Assembly (NCBI RefSeq): GCF_008065095.1
Contig: NZ_CP042911.1
Span: forward strand, 8,940,001-8,972,000
From: Gemmata obscuriglobus
GTDB taxonomy: Bacteria; Planctomycetota; Planctomycetia; Gemmatales; Gemmataceae
Direction: 5' to 3'
DNA length: 32,000 bases
Position numbers and translations under genes: made by a program. Under the pieces are notes generated by a model. It saw only the letters and a list, made by a program, of their open reading frames with translations. It was not told the origin of the DNA and did no database searches. Of this stretch, positions 7,576 to 17,493 are shown piece after piece. Within the stretch, counting starts at the first letter, position 1, and each line of letters begins with the position of its first letter.

Positions 7576-10500
7576 CTACTTCGGGGCACTGCCGCCCACG
7601 AACACGCCGCTCGTGGACGGGGCCTGGCCCGGCGGGATGGCGATGAAGCTGTCGAGCAGCAGCGACGGGTCGAGCCCGCTGAACGCCTTCACGTGCGGGG
7701 CGCCACCGGCCGAACCGGTGAGGATGTCGGCGAGCCGGTCCCCGTTGCGGTCCGCGACCGCGACCCGCACCCCGAACGGGGCCGGCGAGCCGTTCCCGTT
7801 GGTGTACGCGAAGAAGCTCGCCACCTCGGACCCGTCCAGCCGCAGCGCCTTCACGTGCGGGGCGTTGGTGGCCCCGGTCACGATCTCCGCCCGCCCGTCC
7901 CCGTCCAGGTCGCCGGCGGCCACGTAGATCCCACCCAGGTACCCCGCGCCGTATGCGAAGTAGCTGCCGATCTGCTGCCCGCTCGCCGAGAACGCCTTCA
8001 CGTGGCCGGCGAACGTGGCCGACCCGGTGATCACGTCGGCCCGGCCGTCCCCGTCCACGTCGCCCGCGGCCACCGTCACCCCGACCGGGTTACCCCCGCC
8101 GTAGGCGAAGAAGCTCAGGATGGTGCTCGGGTCGGCCGTGCCGTTCGCGGCGATGCCGCCGTTCAGCAGCGACCGGCCGGAGAACGCCTTCACGTGGTCG
8201 TTACTGGCGGCGGTGCCGATCACCACGTCACCGAACCCGTCGCCGTCCACGTCGCCGACCGCGACGTTGACGCCGCCGTTGTACCCGAGGAACGTGAAGA
8301 AGCTCGACAGCAGCCCGAACGACACGCCGTCGTACACCTTCACGTGGCCGCCCGGCGCGCCCGCCCCGGCGGACACCACGATGTCGGCAACCCCGTCGTT
8401 GTTCACGTCGCCGGTCGCCACCTTCACACCGCCGGTGTACTGGTCGAACGGCTGGAACGTGCCGACCAGTGCCCCGGTAGTCGAATCGAACACCTGCACC
8501 GTTGCCACCGGGCCCGCGTCCGACCCGACCACCACCCGGTTCTGCCGGTCCACCACTTGCGTCACGGTCGCCGTGCTCGCACGGTAGAAGCTGTCGCCCG
8601 AGTACGTCACGGTCACCGTCGCCGTACCCGGGGGCAGGGCCGCGGTGCTGAACACCGCCCGGCCCGTGGCGTCCAGGGCCACGACCCCGAGCACCGCTCC
8701 GGTCGCGGAGTTGGTGAACGTGAACGTCCCGGTCGGCGTCTGCAGCCCCGACTGCTCCCCCACGCCGGCCAGGAACGACGTGACGCTCCCAAACACCACC
8801 GGCCCTTGCAGAGCCGTCAGGGTCGTGGTCGAAGGAACGGTAACGGCCTGAACTATTGCGGCGGTAGCAGTCAGGTACGGAGACGCTGTTGGAACCGTCT
8901 GCGGAGTGTACACGGCGGTGATCGTGTGCGACCCGTTCACGAGGGCCGAAGTCGTCAGCACCGCCACCGCCGAATTCCCGGACCCGGCCGTCAGCGTAAC
9001 CGGTGCGCCGATGTTGACCCCGTTGTCCTGGAACTGGACCGTGCCCAGCGGCATCGGGTCGGCGCCAGCGGTCGGGGTGATCGTGAAGGTGAACGTGACC
9101 GCCGAGCCCGGCAGCGACGGGTTGTTGTTTGAAACGAGCGAGGTGGTCGTGGCGTTCGCCACCTGAGTGACGACGACACTGGTGGCCAGGTAGCTAACCT
9201 GGTACACCCGGTTGTTGAGCGTGAACGTGCCCTGGTCGGGCAGACCGTTGAACGCCCCGCTCACCCCGCCCGCCGCGGTCAGGATGGTGAACGAGTCACC
9301 GAGCGTCGGAGTGAAACCGAGGTTGAAGCCCAAAGTAGCGCCGTTGAGGTTCGCAGTCCCGGTAGTCACGTACCGGTCGTACTGCGTGCCCACCGTCGTA
9401 CCGTTCACCTCGACCAAGAAGGTCGAGCCGGCGCTAAACGTCAAGTTGCCGGTGCTGTTCAGAATGCCCGGGCTCGTACCGGGTGCCAGGACGCCACCCG
9501 GGTTGACCGTAACGGCGCCGACCGTACCGGTGCCGCCGAGCGTAGCGCCGCCCTGCACCACGACGCTCGCGCTGCTCTGGTTGGCCGTGACCAGCAACGT
9601 GCCCCCGGCCACGACACTGCTACCGGTGTAAGCAGGACTGTTACCGGTCAGGGTCAACGTACCGGCGCCCACTTTCGTGAGGGTGCCGCTCCCGGTGATC
9701 GGCCCGGCGAACGTGTCGTTGCCGTTACTCACCCCAGTTGCGAGGTTGCCGCCGGCGCCCAGGTCCAGCGTGCCGGCCCCGGTCAGCGACGCGACCTGGT
9801 CGCTGACCCCGGGGTTCACCGTCAGAGTGCCCGTCGTCACGACCACCCCGGTGTCGGGCAGGGCGTTGTTCACCCCCACCACGATCGCCCCGTTGAGCCC
9901 GTTGACCGTGGTCGTGCCCGTGTAGGTGTTGACGGCGTTCAGGACCAGTTGGCCCGAACCGGTCTTGATGACCCCGGCCCCGGCGGCGCCGCTCATCACG
10001 GCGTTCATTTGGAGCGTGGGCTGGGCCGCACCGACGATCGTGGGCGGGGGGGCCAGCGGGGGCAGCGGCGGGTTGCTCACCACCAGGTTGTTGAACGTCG
10101 CCTGGTTGGACTGGTAATTGGAGTCCCCAGAGGTGAACACAGCGGTGATCGTGTGCGTGCCGATCGTCAGCGTGTTCGTGGTCAGCGTCGCCACGCCGTT
10201 GACCAGGATCACCTGGCCGCTGATCGGGGTCGCGCCGTCGAAGAACTGCACCGTCCCGGTCGGCACCGGGTCGTTGGTTCCGGGGGTCAGGCGGTACGTG
10301 AACGTCACGTTGGCGCCGGTGGCGGTCGGGTTGTTGTCGGCGGTGAGTTGGATCGCCGCCGGGGTCGTCACCACCTGGCTGGGCACCAGCGTCGCGACCC
10401 CGCTGGTGTAGTTGGTGTTCCCGTTCTCGGGTATGAACTGGGCCGTGATCGTGTGCGTGCCGGGTGTAAAGCTCACGTCCCGGGTTGCGCTACCGGCGTT

Positions 10501-13500
10501 GAGCGGCACAGTGCCACCGATTGGAACGCCGTTGTCGAAGAACTGGACGCTCCCGGCCGGCACCGGGTCGCCCGCCTTACCGCTTGCCACGAACGTCAAC
10601 GTGACGAGGCTTCCGGGAGGGGCCGGGTTGAGGTTCGATGTGAGCAGCATGATGGGGGGGACACCCACCACCTGACTTGGCGCAAGCGGAACATCAGTCA
10701 CCGTCGGGGCGTAAGTCGGGGTGAGCCCACCGCTCCCAAAGTACCTGACAGTAATCGTGTGCGTACCGGGTGTCAGGTTCGGTGTCGTCACCGACGCCGA
10801 ACCGCCGACGACGTTCTGAATAGTGCCGATCTGGACGCCGTTATCATAGAAGCTGACGGTCCCGGTCAGCGCCGGCGCGCCGGGGAGGGTAATAAAGTTG
10901 GCCGTGAACGTCACGTTCTCGGTCACGCCCGCCGGGTTGTTGCTCGACGAAACCTGGATAATATACGGATTTACAACAACCTGAGCCGGCGTCAGGGTGT
11001 AAGTATTGGCCGTGTAGTTGCCGCCGAAATACTGGGCGCGAATCGTGTGCGTGCCCGGGGTCAGGCCACTCGTCGTCACCGACGCGACCCCGTTGTTGCC
11101 CACGGTGTTCAGCGCGACCGGCGCGCCGATGGGGGTGGTGCCGTCGAAGAACTGCACCGTCCCGTTCGGAATCACGCCGCCCGACGGCGGGATCGCGGTG
11201 AACGTGAACGTCACGTTCCCGTTGCTCGTCACCGAGTTGGAACTCGAGGAGACGATCCCCGCAATGGTGCCCGCAGCAGGCGTTGGAGCGGCAATGATGG
11301 TCTGATTTGCCGTCAGCCGCCCCGTCCCGCCCGCATAGAAGTTGTCTCCGGAGTAGACGGCGGTAATGGTGCGCGAGCCGACTCCGAGCGTGGTCGGCGA
11401 GATCGTCGCCTGCCCGTTGACGAGTGCCACCGGGGCGCCGATCCCGACGCCGTTGTCGAAGAACTGCACGGTCCCAGTCGGCACCGGGTCGCCCGCCCGC
11501 CCCGTGGCGATGAATGTGAGCGGCACAGCGCTGGCGGCAATGGCCTGGTTCGCGCCAGAAATCACCGTGAGGAGGGGGGTGCCGCCCACGACCAGGGTCG
11601 GGGCGAGCGGCACGACCCCGGGCAGGTACACGTTCGCATCGCCGGTGTACGCCGCGGTGATGGTGTGCGTGCCGACCGTCAGCGCGCTGGTGGTCAGCGT
11701 CGCCACCCCGTTGGCGTCGAGCGCGACCGGTGCCCCGATCGCGACGCCGTTGTCGAAGAACTGAACGCTCCCGCCCGGCGTCGGGGCGGACGAGTCCCCG
11801 CTGGCGATGAACGTGAACGTCACGGGGCTGCCCGGCGCGACCGGGTTGCCGCTCGACCGGAGCACGAGCTGGGCCGGCGTACCCACCTGCTGGTTCGCGA
11901 GGGTCACCTGAACCGGGGAGTAGGTGCCGTCGCCGCTGTACGCGGCCGTGATCTGGTGCGACCCGACCGGCAGGGTCGTCATGTACGTCGCCGTTCCGAG
12001 GGCCGACAGCGCCACCGGCGCGCCGATGGGGTTCGGCCCGTCGAAGAACTGCACGGTCCCGGTCGGCACCGCTTCACCCGCCCGGGGCGGCAGGTTGAAC
12101 GTGAACGTGATGACCTGCCCGGCCAGCGCCGGCGAGGCGCTCGACGTGAGCACGGCCCGCTCGCTCGGGTTCACGATCACCAGGCTCTGATCCAGGGGCA
12201 CGGTCGAGGGGGCGTAGTTCGCGTCGCCGGTGTACACGGCGGTGATGGTGTGCGCGCCGACCGTCAACACGTTCGCCTGCACCGTGAAGGTCGCCGTGCC
12301 GGCGAGCACGGTCGCCGTGCCGAGGAAAATGTTGCCGTCGAAGAACGACACCGTCCCGGTCGGCACGGGGTCCCCGGGGTTCCCGGTCACCGTGAAGGTG
12401 AGCGTCACGGTCCCGCCGGCCTGGGCCGGGTTCCGGTTCGCCGAGAACGTGGTGGCCGCCCCCGGGAGGAAGGTGAAGGTCCGCGTGGTGGACCCGAGGA
12501 ACACGTTCCCGGTGATCCTCGACATCTCGGACGAGCCGAAGGTCGCTACGTTGGTCGTGAGGATCAGCGAGCCCGCACCCGTTGTCACCTCGCCGCCCTG
12601 GAGCGCCAGCGGCCCGACCGTTTCGTTGGAGCCGTTCAGGTCGAACAGCCCGGACGAGTTGACCGTAATGGCCCTGGTGTCGGGGATCTGGTTCGGGGCG
12701 TCCAGGCGCAACACGTCCGCGTTGTTGCCGCCCTGCCCGTCGCCGACGATGATCGCCCCGGCGACGGCGTTGACCGTGGTGCCGACGGGGGCGATCTTCT
12801 TGAGCGACACCGTACCCTGTTCGATCTGGAGCGTATCGACGAAGGTGTTGGAGGCGGTGCCGGTGAGCTTCAGCTCACCGGCGCCGAGCTTCCGGATCTT
12901 GGCGTCACCGCTGACGACGTTGCTGAACTCGAGCGACCCGGTCGCGCCGGTGACGTTGATGATGGCCTCGTCGCCGGGGCCGATCTGGTTGTTCCCGATC
13001 ACGCTCACGGTCCCGGTCCACACGTTGGTGCCGGAACTCACCTGGAGCGCCGCGGAGGAGCCGGCCGCGCTGGTGAGGGTGAGCGCCTCGTTCTGGACGG
13101 TGATGCCGCTCGCGAGCACCAGGGCGGCGCCGGAGGCGACCGTGGTGCCGGCGCCGCCGGTGCCGCCGAACCCGCCGCCCCTCGTGACCGTCGTGACGCC
13201 GTTGCGCAGCGTCAGCGCCCCGAGGAAGGTGTTGGTGTTGGTGATGCTGACCGTGCCGGTTCCGACCTTCGTCAGGTTCTGCCCGGCCGCGCCGCCGATG
13301 ACCCCGCTGATGGTCAGGTCGGTGTTCGGGTCGTTCGAGATCGTCGTTGTCGAGGCGATCGTCACGGTCCCGGCCACATCGATCACGGTGTGGACCGCCG
13401 GGGTGGCCGCGTTGTCGGTGATCGACAGCGCGCCCCCGGTGTACCCCGGCCCGTTGAGGGTGAGGTTCTTCTGCAGCGTGTACTGGCCCTGAAGCTCGAG

Positions 13501-15252
13501 GGTGCCGAACGACTGGTTCGTGATGTCGGAGTTCACGGTGATCGCGCCACCACGCGGGGCGGTGGTGCGGGTCGCGGGGCCGAGCACGTTCGGCCCCTGC
13601 ATGACGAGGACGCCGTTGTTGACGAACGTGTTGCCGCTGAACTCGAGGTTCGGGTTCGGGAAGATCACCGTGCCCTTGCCCCATTTCGACAGGCTGGCGT
13701 TCGCGACGACCGGCCGGTTGAGCGCCCGGTACGCCTGGAGGGAGAGGGCCTCGGTCGGCGTCAGGAGGGCCGTGGCCGCCGCGCTCGCCGGCAGGTTGGC
13801 GAGGTGACCGCTGACCAACAAGGCCCCACCGTCAAACACCCCGATGGTGGCGTTGCCCTCCAAGAAGATCGCGCTCCGCCACTCCGCGGGCGTCGTGCGG
13901 TTGGCCCCTTGCGCGAACAGGGCGCCGAGCGGCTGATTGTTGTTGCCCGTGTCCGCGAGCCCGGTGCCGTTCAGGATGAGCAGTTCGTCGTCGATCACGC
14001 GGGCGCCCGACACCGGGTTGCTCAACAGCGCGAGCGTCGCGCCGCTGCTGACCACCGTGTAGGAGCCCGGCGACAGGGCGTCGTCGTTGCTGATCGCGAG
14101 GGACCCGGCGTTAACGAACGTGACACCGCCGTAGGTGTTCGCCGTCGTCAGCGTGATCGTGCCTATAGTCGTCAGGTTTCCAGACCCAGAGACCACCCCG
14201 CTGATCGTCAGCCGGCCGCCGACCGTCGCCGACGGGTTCAGGGTCACCCCGTTCAAAACCGTACCGCCGGTGAGCGGGTCGACGCCGTCGCCGCCGAAAA
14301 GAGCGCCCTGGCCCCCGACGCCGGTCCCCTGAATCGTGAGCGACTCGCGGAAGTTCGACACGTTCACCCTGAGCGTCGCCCCGTTCAGCACGTTCGTGCC
14401 GACGGCGGTCAGGCCGAGGGCGTTGTTGCTGTTGGCGAGGAGGACGCCTTGTTGCACCTCGACGAGGCCGGCGAACGTGTTGTTCCCGCCGGCGGCCCCC
14501 GTTACCGGGTTCCTCCCGCCGAGCGAGATCGTTCCGTCACCGAGTTTGATAAAGCCCACCTGTGACGGGTTCGCGGCGGCCGGTGAGGTGCCGATGTTGC
14601 CGATGATGTTCAGCGTCCCGGCCGCGTTGGTGGCCGTGAAGTTCTGCGCCTCGTTGCTCAGTTGCATCCGGAAGTAGAGCGTACTACTGCCGGCACCCAA
14701 GTACGTGATCCCGTCCGTGACGGTCAGCGTCCCGAGGTTCGTGGGAGCGTTGCCCTGGGGGAAAAGTGGCTCATCCACGACCTGATCGACGATGAGCCAG
14801 CCCGCGTCCTTGATGGTAATGGAGCGGACCGTTTGGGTGAGGTCCATCACCGAGTTGGGAGTGGGTACAAACCTGTCAGTCGTATAATATTTGAAATAGT
14901 TCGCACTGCGCGGCAGAGTACCGCCATAGAACGCCGCGGTCTCGAACACCACGTCGTCCCCGCTCGTGGGGACGCCGAGGTCCCAGTTGAGCGGGTTCGA
15001 CCAGCTAAGATCACCGCTCTCGCCGACGTCGTTGGGGTTGACGGGCGCACCGTTTGCGTCCACAGGGCCGACGTTGGTGGTCCCGCTCCCGTTGAAGTCG
15101 AAGTCCGGCACCGCGCCGCCGGTCCACGTGATGATGGCCGGCATGGCGCGGTTTTCTAGCGCCTCAAGCGTGAGCGCGTTTTGGAACGGGGCGACCGTGC
15201 CGTGGCCCGTGAACTTATTGCGGAACAGTTGGCGGAGCCAAGAAGGCAACAT
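7576..15252 (-). CDS. giant (2558-aa) secreted/cell-surface repeat protein: autotransporter-associated beta-strand (PATR) repeats, Ig-like repeats and C-terminal FG-GAP repeats
   Basis: A single uninterrupted ORF. The N-terminus has LTLEALENRAMPA. PATR-type units include NLTKVGTGTVSITNTNTF, IRKLGAGELKLTGTASNTF and GTLTKVGAGTLTLTGNSPAYTG. There are about 10 Ig-like units of the form VTFTF...PTGTVQFFDG...GTHTITAVYSGD, and 5 clear GDVDGDGxADxxxG FG-GAP calcium-loop motifs. Confidence 0.93.
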   Translation of the reverse strand: MLPSWLRQLFRNKFTGHGTVAPFQNALTLEALENRAMPAIITWTGGAVPDFDFNGSGTTNVGPVDANGAPVNPNDVGESGDLSWSNPLNWDLGVPTSGDDVVFETAAFYGGTLPRSANYFKYYTTDRFVPTPNSVMDLTQTVRSITIKDAGWLIVDQVVDEPLFPQGNAPTNLGTLTVTDGITYLGAGSSTLYFRMQLSNEAQNFTATNAAGTLNIIGNIGTSPAAANPSQVGFIKLGDGTISLGGRNPVTGAAGGNNTFAGLVEVQQGVLLANSNNALGLTAVGTNVLNGATLRVNVSNFRESLTIQGTGVGGQGALFGGDGVDPLTGGTVLNGVTLNPSATVGGRLTISGVVSGSGNLTTIGTITLTTANTYGGVTFVNAGSLAISNDDALSPGSYTVVSSGATLALLSNPVSGARVIDDELLILNGTGLADTGNNNQPLGALFAQGANRTTPAEWRSAIFLEGNATIGVFDGGALLVSGHLANLPASAAATALLTPTEALSLQAYRALNRPVVANASLSKWGKGTVIFPNPNLEFSGNTFVNNGVLVMQGPNVLGPATRTTAPRGGAITVNSDITNQSFGTLELQGQYTLQKNLTLNGPGYTGGALSITDNAATPAVHTVIDVAGTVTIASTTTISNDPNTDLTISGVIGGAAGQNLTKVGTGTVSITNTNTFLGALTLRNGVTTVTRGGGFGGTGGAGTTVASGAALVLASGITVQNEALTLTSAAGSSAALQVSSGTNVWTGTVSVIGNNQIGPGDEAIINVTGATGSLEFSNVVSGDAKIRKLGAGELKLTGTASNTFVDTLQIEQGTVSLKKIAPVGTTVNAVAGAIIVGDGQGGNNADVLRLDAPNQIPDTRAITVNSSGLFDLNGSNETVGPLALQGGEVTTGAGSLILTTNVATFGSSEMSRITGNVFLGSTTRTFTFLPGAATTFSANRNPAQAGGTVTLTFTVTGNPGDPVPTGTVSFFDGNIFLGTATVLAGTATFTVQANVLTVGAHTITAVYTGDANYAPSTVPLDQSLVIVNPSERAVLTSSASPALAGQVITFTFNLPPRAGEAVPTGTVQFFDGPNPIGAPVALSALGTATYMTTLPVGSHQITAAYSGDGTYSPVQVTLANQQVGTPAQLVLRSSGNPVAPGSPVTFTFIASGDSSAPTPGGSVQFFDNGVAIGAPVALDANGVATLTTSALTVGTHTITAAYTGDANVYLPGVVPLAPTLVVGGTPLLTVISGANQAIAASAVPLTFIATGRAGDPVPTGTVQFFDNGVGIGAPVALVNGQATISPTTLGVGSRTITAVYSGDNFYAGGTGRLTANQTIIAAPTPAAGTIAGIVSSSSNSVTSNGNVTFTFTAIPPSGGVIPNGTVQFFDGTTPIGAPVALNTVGNNGVASVTTSGLTPGTHTIRAQYFGGNYTANTYTLTPAQVVVNPYIIQVSSSNNPAGVTENVTFTANFITLPGAPALTGTVSFYDNGVQIGTIQNVVGGSASVTTPNLTPGTHTITVRYFGSGGLTPTYAPTVTDVPLAPSQVVGVPPIMLLTSNLNPAPPGSLVTLTFVASGKAGDPVPAGSVQFFDNGVPIGGTVPLNAGSATRDVSFTPGTHTITAQFIPENGNTNYTSGVATLVPSQVVTTPAAIQLTADNNPTATGANVTFTYRLTPGTNDPVPTGTVQFFDGATPISGQVILVNGVATLTTNTLTIGTHTITAVFTSGDSNYQSNQATFNNLVVSNPPLPPLAPPPTIVGAAQPTLQMNAVMSGAAGAGVIKTGSGQLVLNAVNTYTGTTTVNGLNGAIVVGVNNALPDTGVVVTTGTLTVNPGVSDQVASLTGAGTLDLGAGGNLATGVSNGNDTFAGPITGSGTLTKVGAGTLTLTGNSPAYTGSSVVAGGTLLVTANQSSASVVVQGGATLGGTGTVGAVTVNPGGVLAPGTSPGILNSTGNLTFSAGSTFLVEVNGTTVGTQYDRYVTTGTANLNGATLGFNLGFTPTLGDSFTILTAAGGVSGAFNGLPDQGTFTLNNRVYQVSYLATSVVVTQVANATTTSLVSNNNPSLPGSAVTFTFTITPTAGADPMPLGTVQFQDNGVNIGAPVTLTAGSGNSAVAVLTTSALVNGSHTITAVYTPQTVPTASPYLTATAAIVQAVTVPSTTTLTALQGPVVFGSVTSFLAGVGEQSGLQTPTGTFTFTNSATGAVLGVVALDATGRAVFSTAALPPGTATVTVTYSGDSFYRASTATVTQVVDRQNRVVVGSDAGPVATVQVFDSTTGALVGTFQPFDQYTGGVKVATGDVNNDGVADIVVSAGAGAPGGHVKVYDGVSFGLLSSFFTFLGYNGGVNVAVGDVDGDGFGDVVIGTAASNDHVKAFSGRSLLNGGIAANGTADPSTILSFFAYGGGNPVGVTVAAGDVDGDGRADVITGSATFAGHVKAFSASGQQIGSYFAYGAGYLGGIYVAAGDLDGDGRAEIVTGATNAPHVKALRLDGSEVASFFAYTNGNGSPAPFGVRVAVADRNGDRLADILTGSAGGAPHVKAFSGLDPSLLLDSFIAIPPGQAPSTSGVFVGGSAPK
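7600..8560 (-). repeat. FG-GAP (integrin-alpha-like beta-propeller) repeat region at the C-terminus of the giant gene
   Basis: Repeated blades of the form ...HVKAFSG...FFAYGxG..GGV.VAAGDVDGDGRADVITG. Five D-x-D/N-x-D-G loops were read: GDVNNDGVADIVV, GDVDGDGFGDVVI, GDVDGDGRADVIT, GDLDGDGRAEIVT and ADRNGDRLADILT. Confidence 0.75.
8575..9165 (-). repeat. two further Ig-like repeats inside the giant gene
   Basis: Units AVTFTFTITPTAGADPMPLGTVQFQDNG...GSHTITAVYTP and QTPTGTFTFTNSATGAVLG...ATVTVTYSGDSFY. Boundaries are approximate. Confidence 0.6.
10085..12460 (-). repeat. eight tandem Ig-like domain repeats (~300 nt period) inside the giant gene
   Basis: The nucleotide block gtcgaagaactgcaccgtcccggtcggcaccgggtc (encoding PTGTVQFFD) recurs near 10238, 10534, 11144, 11455, 11752, 12040 and 12338. 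Boundaries are approximate. Confidence 0.75.
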
Positions 15253-15843
15253 CGATGAATACCTGCGTGGTGGGAGGGACTACTAGTTCCGTGTCGGTCA
15301 ATCAAAAACGTAAAAGCAAACCGCTCCGAACAACACCATTCCGCGGACCCGCGAGTTCTGGTCCGGGCCGAACCGCCGCGGGGCAGCTCTCATCAATGCC
15401 GGGGCAGAAAACAACGTCCTTGATCCAGCATGTCTGAAAACCGCAAACGAGCAACGGGAATGCATCCTACGCGGGCGAATTAACCCCATGTAAACCGCCG
15501 CAAAAAACAGATCTCGGCGTTGCGCACCGCGTGCGCAATCCGTCAGGTCTGTGGCAAGTGGGGCATGTGCGGCACGGGACCACCGGTTCGCGCCGATTCT
15601 GAGCAAATAAACGCAAGTTGTGCCAGCCCGGGTCCGTCGGAATTCGCGCCTACTCAACTGACGGTTTCGCGGCCCGAAAAGATTCGGCACTTTCCAATTG
15701 CGACCCAGGGGCGTTCAAGCTAGTCTCAGTAAGTGTTTGCGACTGCGCGGCGCCACCCGTCCACACCGCCCAGTTGTACTTTTGCCTACCAGCCAGATGT
15801 CCGCTTCCCCACCGACCTTTCTCCAAAAAGTGGAGCACATCCG

Positions 15844-17133
15844 ATGCTGACCTTCTGGGGCGCCGCCCAACGGTACTGCGACAACGTGAGCCGCCGGAAT
15901 TTCTTACAACTCGGGGCGTTCGGGGCCGGGCTGACGCTGGCGGACGTACTCCGGGCGCGGGCCGCCCAGAATCCGGCCGCGCGGGCCGGCACGTCGCAAA
16001 AAGCGGCCATCATGATCTACCTGCCGGGCGGTCCGTCGCACCTGGACATGTATGACCTTAAACCCGACGCACCGGCCGAGTTCCGCGGCGAGTTCAAACC
16101 GATCAAAACGAACGTCAGCGGCGTCTCGATCTGCGAGCACATGCCGCTCCAGGCGCGGATGTGGGACAAGCTGGCGGTCGTCCGCTCGCTCGTATCGGTC
16201 GATGAACATTCCGACTCGCTGGTGAGCACCGGGTTCAGCGAGCAGGTGAACCGCGTCGCGGCGCACCCGGCGTTCGGCTCGGTGGTGGCCAAGCTGCGTG
16301 CGGACGGCGGCAACGACGTGCCCCCCTTCGTGAGCCTTCGCGGCGGCGGCAGCCCGGGCACCGAACCGGGCTACCTCGGGCCGGCCCACCGCCCGTTCAC
16401 CCCGAGCGGCGCCGGGGTGGAGAACCTGAGGCTCGCCGGCGGAGTCACCGGCGACCGGCTGGGCGACCGCAAGGACCTCCTCGGCAAGTTCGACACCGCC
16501 CGCCGCGAGATCGACGCCAGCGGCACGATGAAGGGAATGGACGCCTACGCCGGCCGCGCGTTCGACATGATCGCGTCCGGGGTGGTCCGCAAGGCGCTCG
16601 ACCTGAAGCACGAGGACCCGAAGACCCGCGACCGGTACAAGGGCGTCGAACAGTTCCTCACCGCCCGGCGGCTGGTCGAGGCCGGCGTGGGCTGCGTGAC
16701 CCTCAGCTACGGCGGCTGGGACACGCACACCGGCAACTTCAAGGAGCTGAAGCGGCAGCTCCCGCAGCTCGACCGCGGGGTCGCGAACCTGATCCAGGAC
16801 CTGCACGACCGCGGGATGCAGGACGACGTGGTGACGGTGGTGTGGGGCGAGTTCGGCCGCACCCCGAAGATCAACAGCTCGGACGCCGGCCGCGACCACT
16901 GGTCGCCCGTCATGAGCGCCCTGGTGGCCGGCGGCGGGCTGAAGATGGGCCAGGCGGTCGGGAGCACGTCCGCGAAGGGCGAGTACCCGAAGGAGCGCCC
17001 ATACAAGGTGCCGCACCTGCTCGCGACGCTGTATCGGGCGATGGGCATCGACCCGGCGTACACGTTCCCGAACGGCGCCGGCCGCCCGATGTACATCCTC
17101 GACGACCGCAACACGGTCGAGGAGTTGCTCTGA
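15844..17133 (+). CDS. DUF1501 domain protein (sulfatase-fold) with Tat signal
   Basis: ATG at 15844 with GGAG 9 nt upstream. Twin-arginine motif SRRNFLQLGAFGAG. DUF1501 blocks AAIMIYLPGGPSHLDMYDLKPDAP, GGWDTHTGNF, WGEFGRTPKIN and GRDHWSPVMSALVAGGG. Confidence 0.9.
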   Translation: MLTFWGAAQRYCDNVSRRNFLQLGAFGAGLTLADVLRARAAQNPAARAGTSQKAAIMIYLPGGPSHLDMYDLKPDAPAEFRGEFKPIKTNVSGVSICEHMPLQARMWDKLAVVRSLVSVDEHSDSLVSTGFSEQVNRVAAHPAFGSVVAKLRADGGNDVPPFVSLRGGGSPGTEPGYLGPAHRPFTPSGAGVENLRLAGGVTGDRLGDRKDLLGKFDTARREIDASGTMKGMDAYAGRAFDMIASGVVRKALDLKHEDPKTRDRYKGVEQFLTARRLVEAGVGCVTLSYGGWDTHTGNFKELKRQLPQLDRGVANLIQDLHDRGMQDDVVTVVWGEFGRTPKINSSDAGRDHWSPVMSALVAGGGLKMGQAVGSTSAKGEYPKERPYKVPHLLATLYRAMGIDPAYTFPNGAGRPMYILDDRNTVEELL

Positions 17134-17160
17134 TCGAGCCCGAGAGCAACATCGTGATAG

Positions 17161-17192
17161 CGGGGAGCCAGACGGCTCCCCGTTGGCATTTG
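17161..17192 (+). terminator. rho-independent-type terminator after the DUF1501 gene
   Basis: CGGGGAGCC-agac-GGCTCCCCG is a 9-bp perfect stem with a 4-nt loop, followed by TTGGCATTTGG, 28 nt past the stop. Confidence 0.55.
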
Positions 17193-17223
17193 GTACAATC
17201 AGAACATGCACCGGAGGTTCACG

Positions 17224-17493
17224 ATGGAAGCGTTCGACCGCATCACACACAACCCCCTCCAAATGGGCGGGCGGCCGTGCATCCGCGGGATGCGGATCAC
17301 TGTCGGGCTAATCGTCGGAATGCTTGCCGCGGGTCGTTCTCATGAAGAAATTCTGAAAGCGTACCCCTACCTCGAAGGAGAAGACATCACACAGGCACTC
17401 GCCTACGCCGCCTGGAGGCTTGAGGAGCGCGAACAGCCGCTGGGAGCCACTTTGCCCGTCTCCAAACAAGCTTCCATCCGCGCAATGGACTAA
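17224..17493 (+). CDS. DUF433 domain protein (antitoxin-like partner of DUF5615)
   Basis: ATG at 17224 with GGAGG 7 nt upstream. Core ITHNPLQMGGRPCIRGMRITVGLIVGMLAAGRSHEEILKAYPYLEGEDITQALAYAA matches the DUF433 pattern. It has an atypical ~20-aa C-terminal extension. Confidence 0.8.
   Translation: MEAFDRITHNPLQMGGRPCIRGMRITVGLIVGMLAAGRSHEEILKAYPYLEGEDITQALAYAAWRLEEREQPLGATLPVSKQASIRAMD

Noticed and set aside
10085-12460. Regular ~300-nt repeats as a possible CRISPR or other non-coding array
   Set aside because: The period is far too long, and the repeats lie in frame within one ORF, encoding Ig-like domains.
9949-14565. 1538-aa plus-strand ORF, together with many shorter plus-strand ORFs, across the giant gene
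   Set aside because: It is antisense to a clearly coding repeat gene. The translation is Arg/Gly/Asp/His-rich low-complexity sequence with no domain-like pattern. The stop-free antisense frame is an expected artefact of high GC and repeats.
15904-17262. 452-aa minus-strand ORF opposite the DUF1501 gene
   Set aside because: Antisense artefact; the plus-strand frame carries all the DUF1501 motifs.
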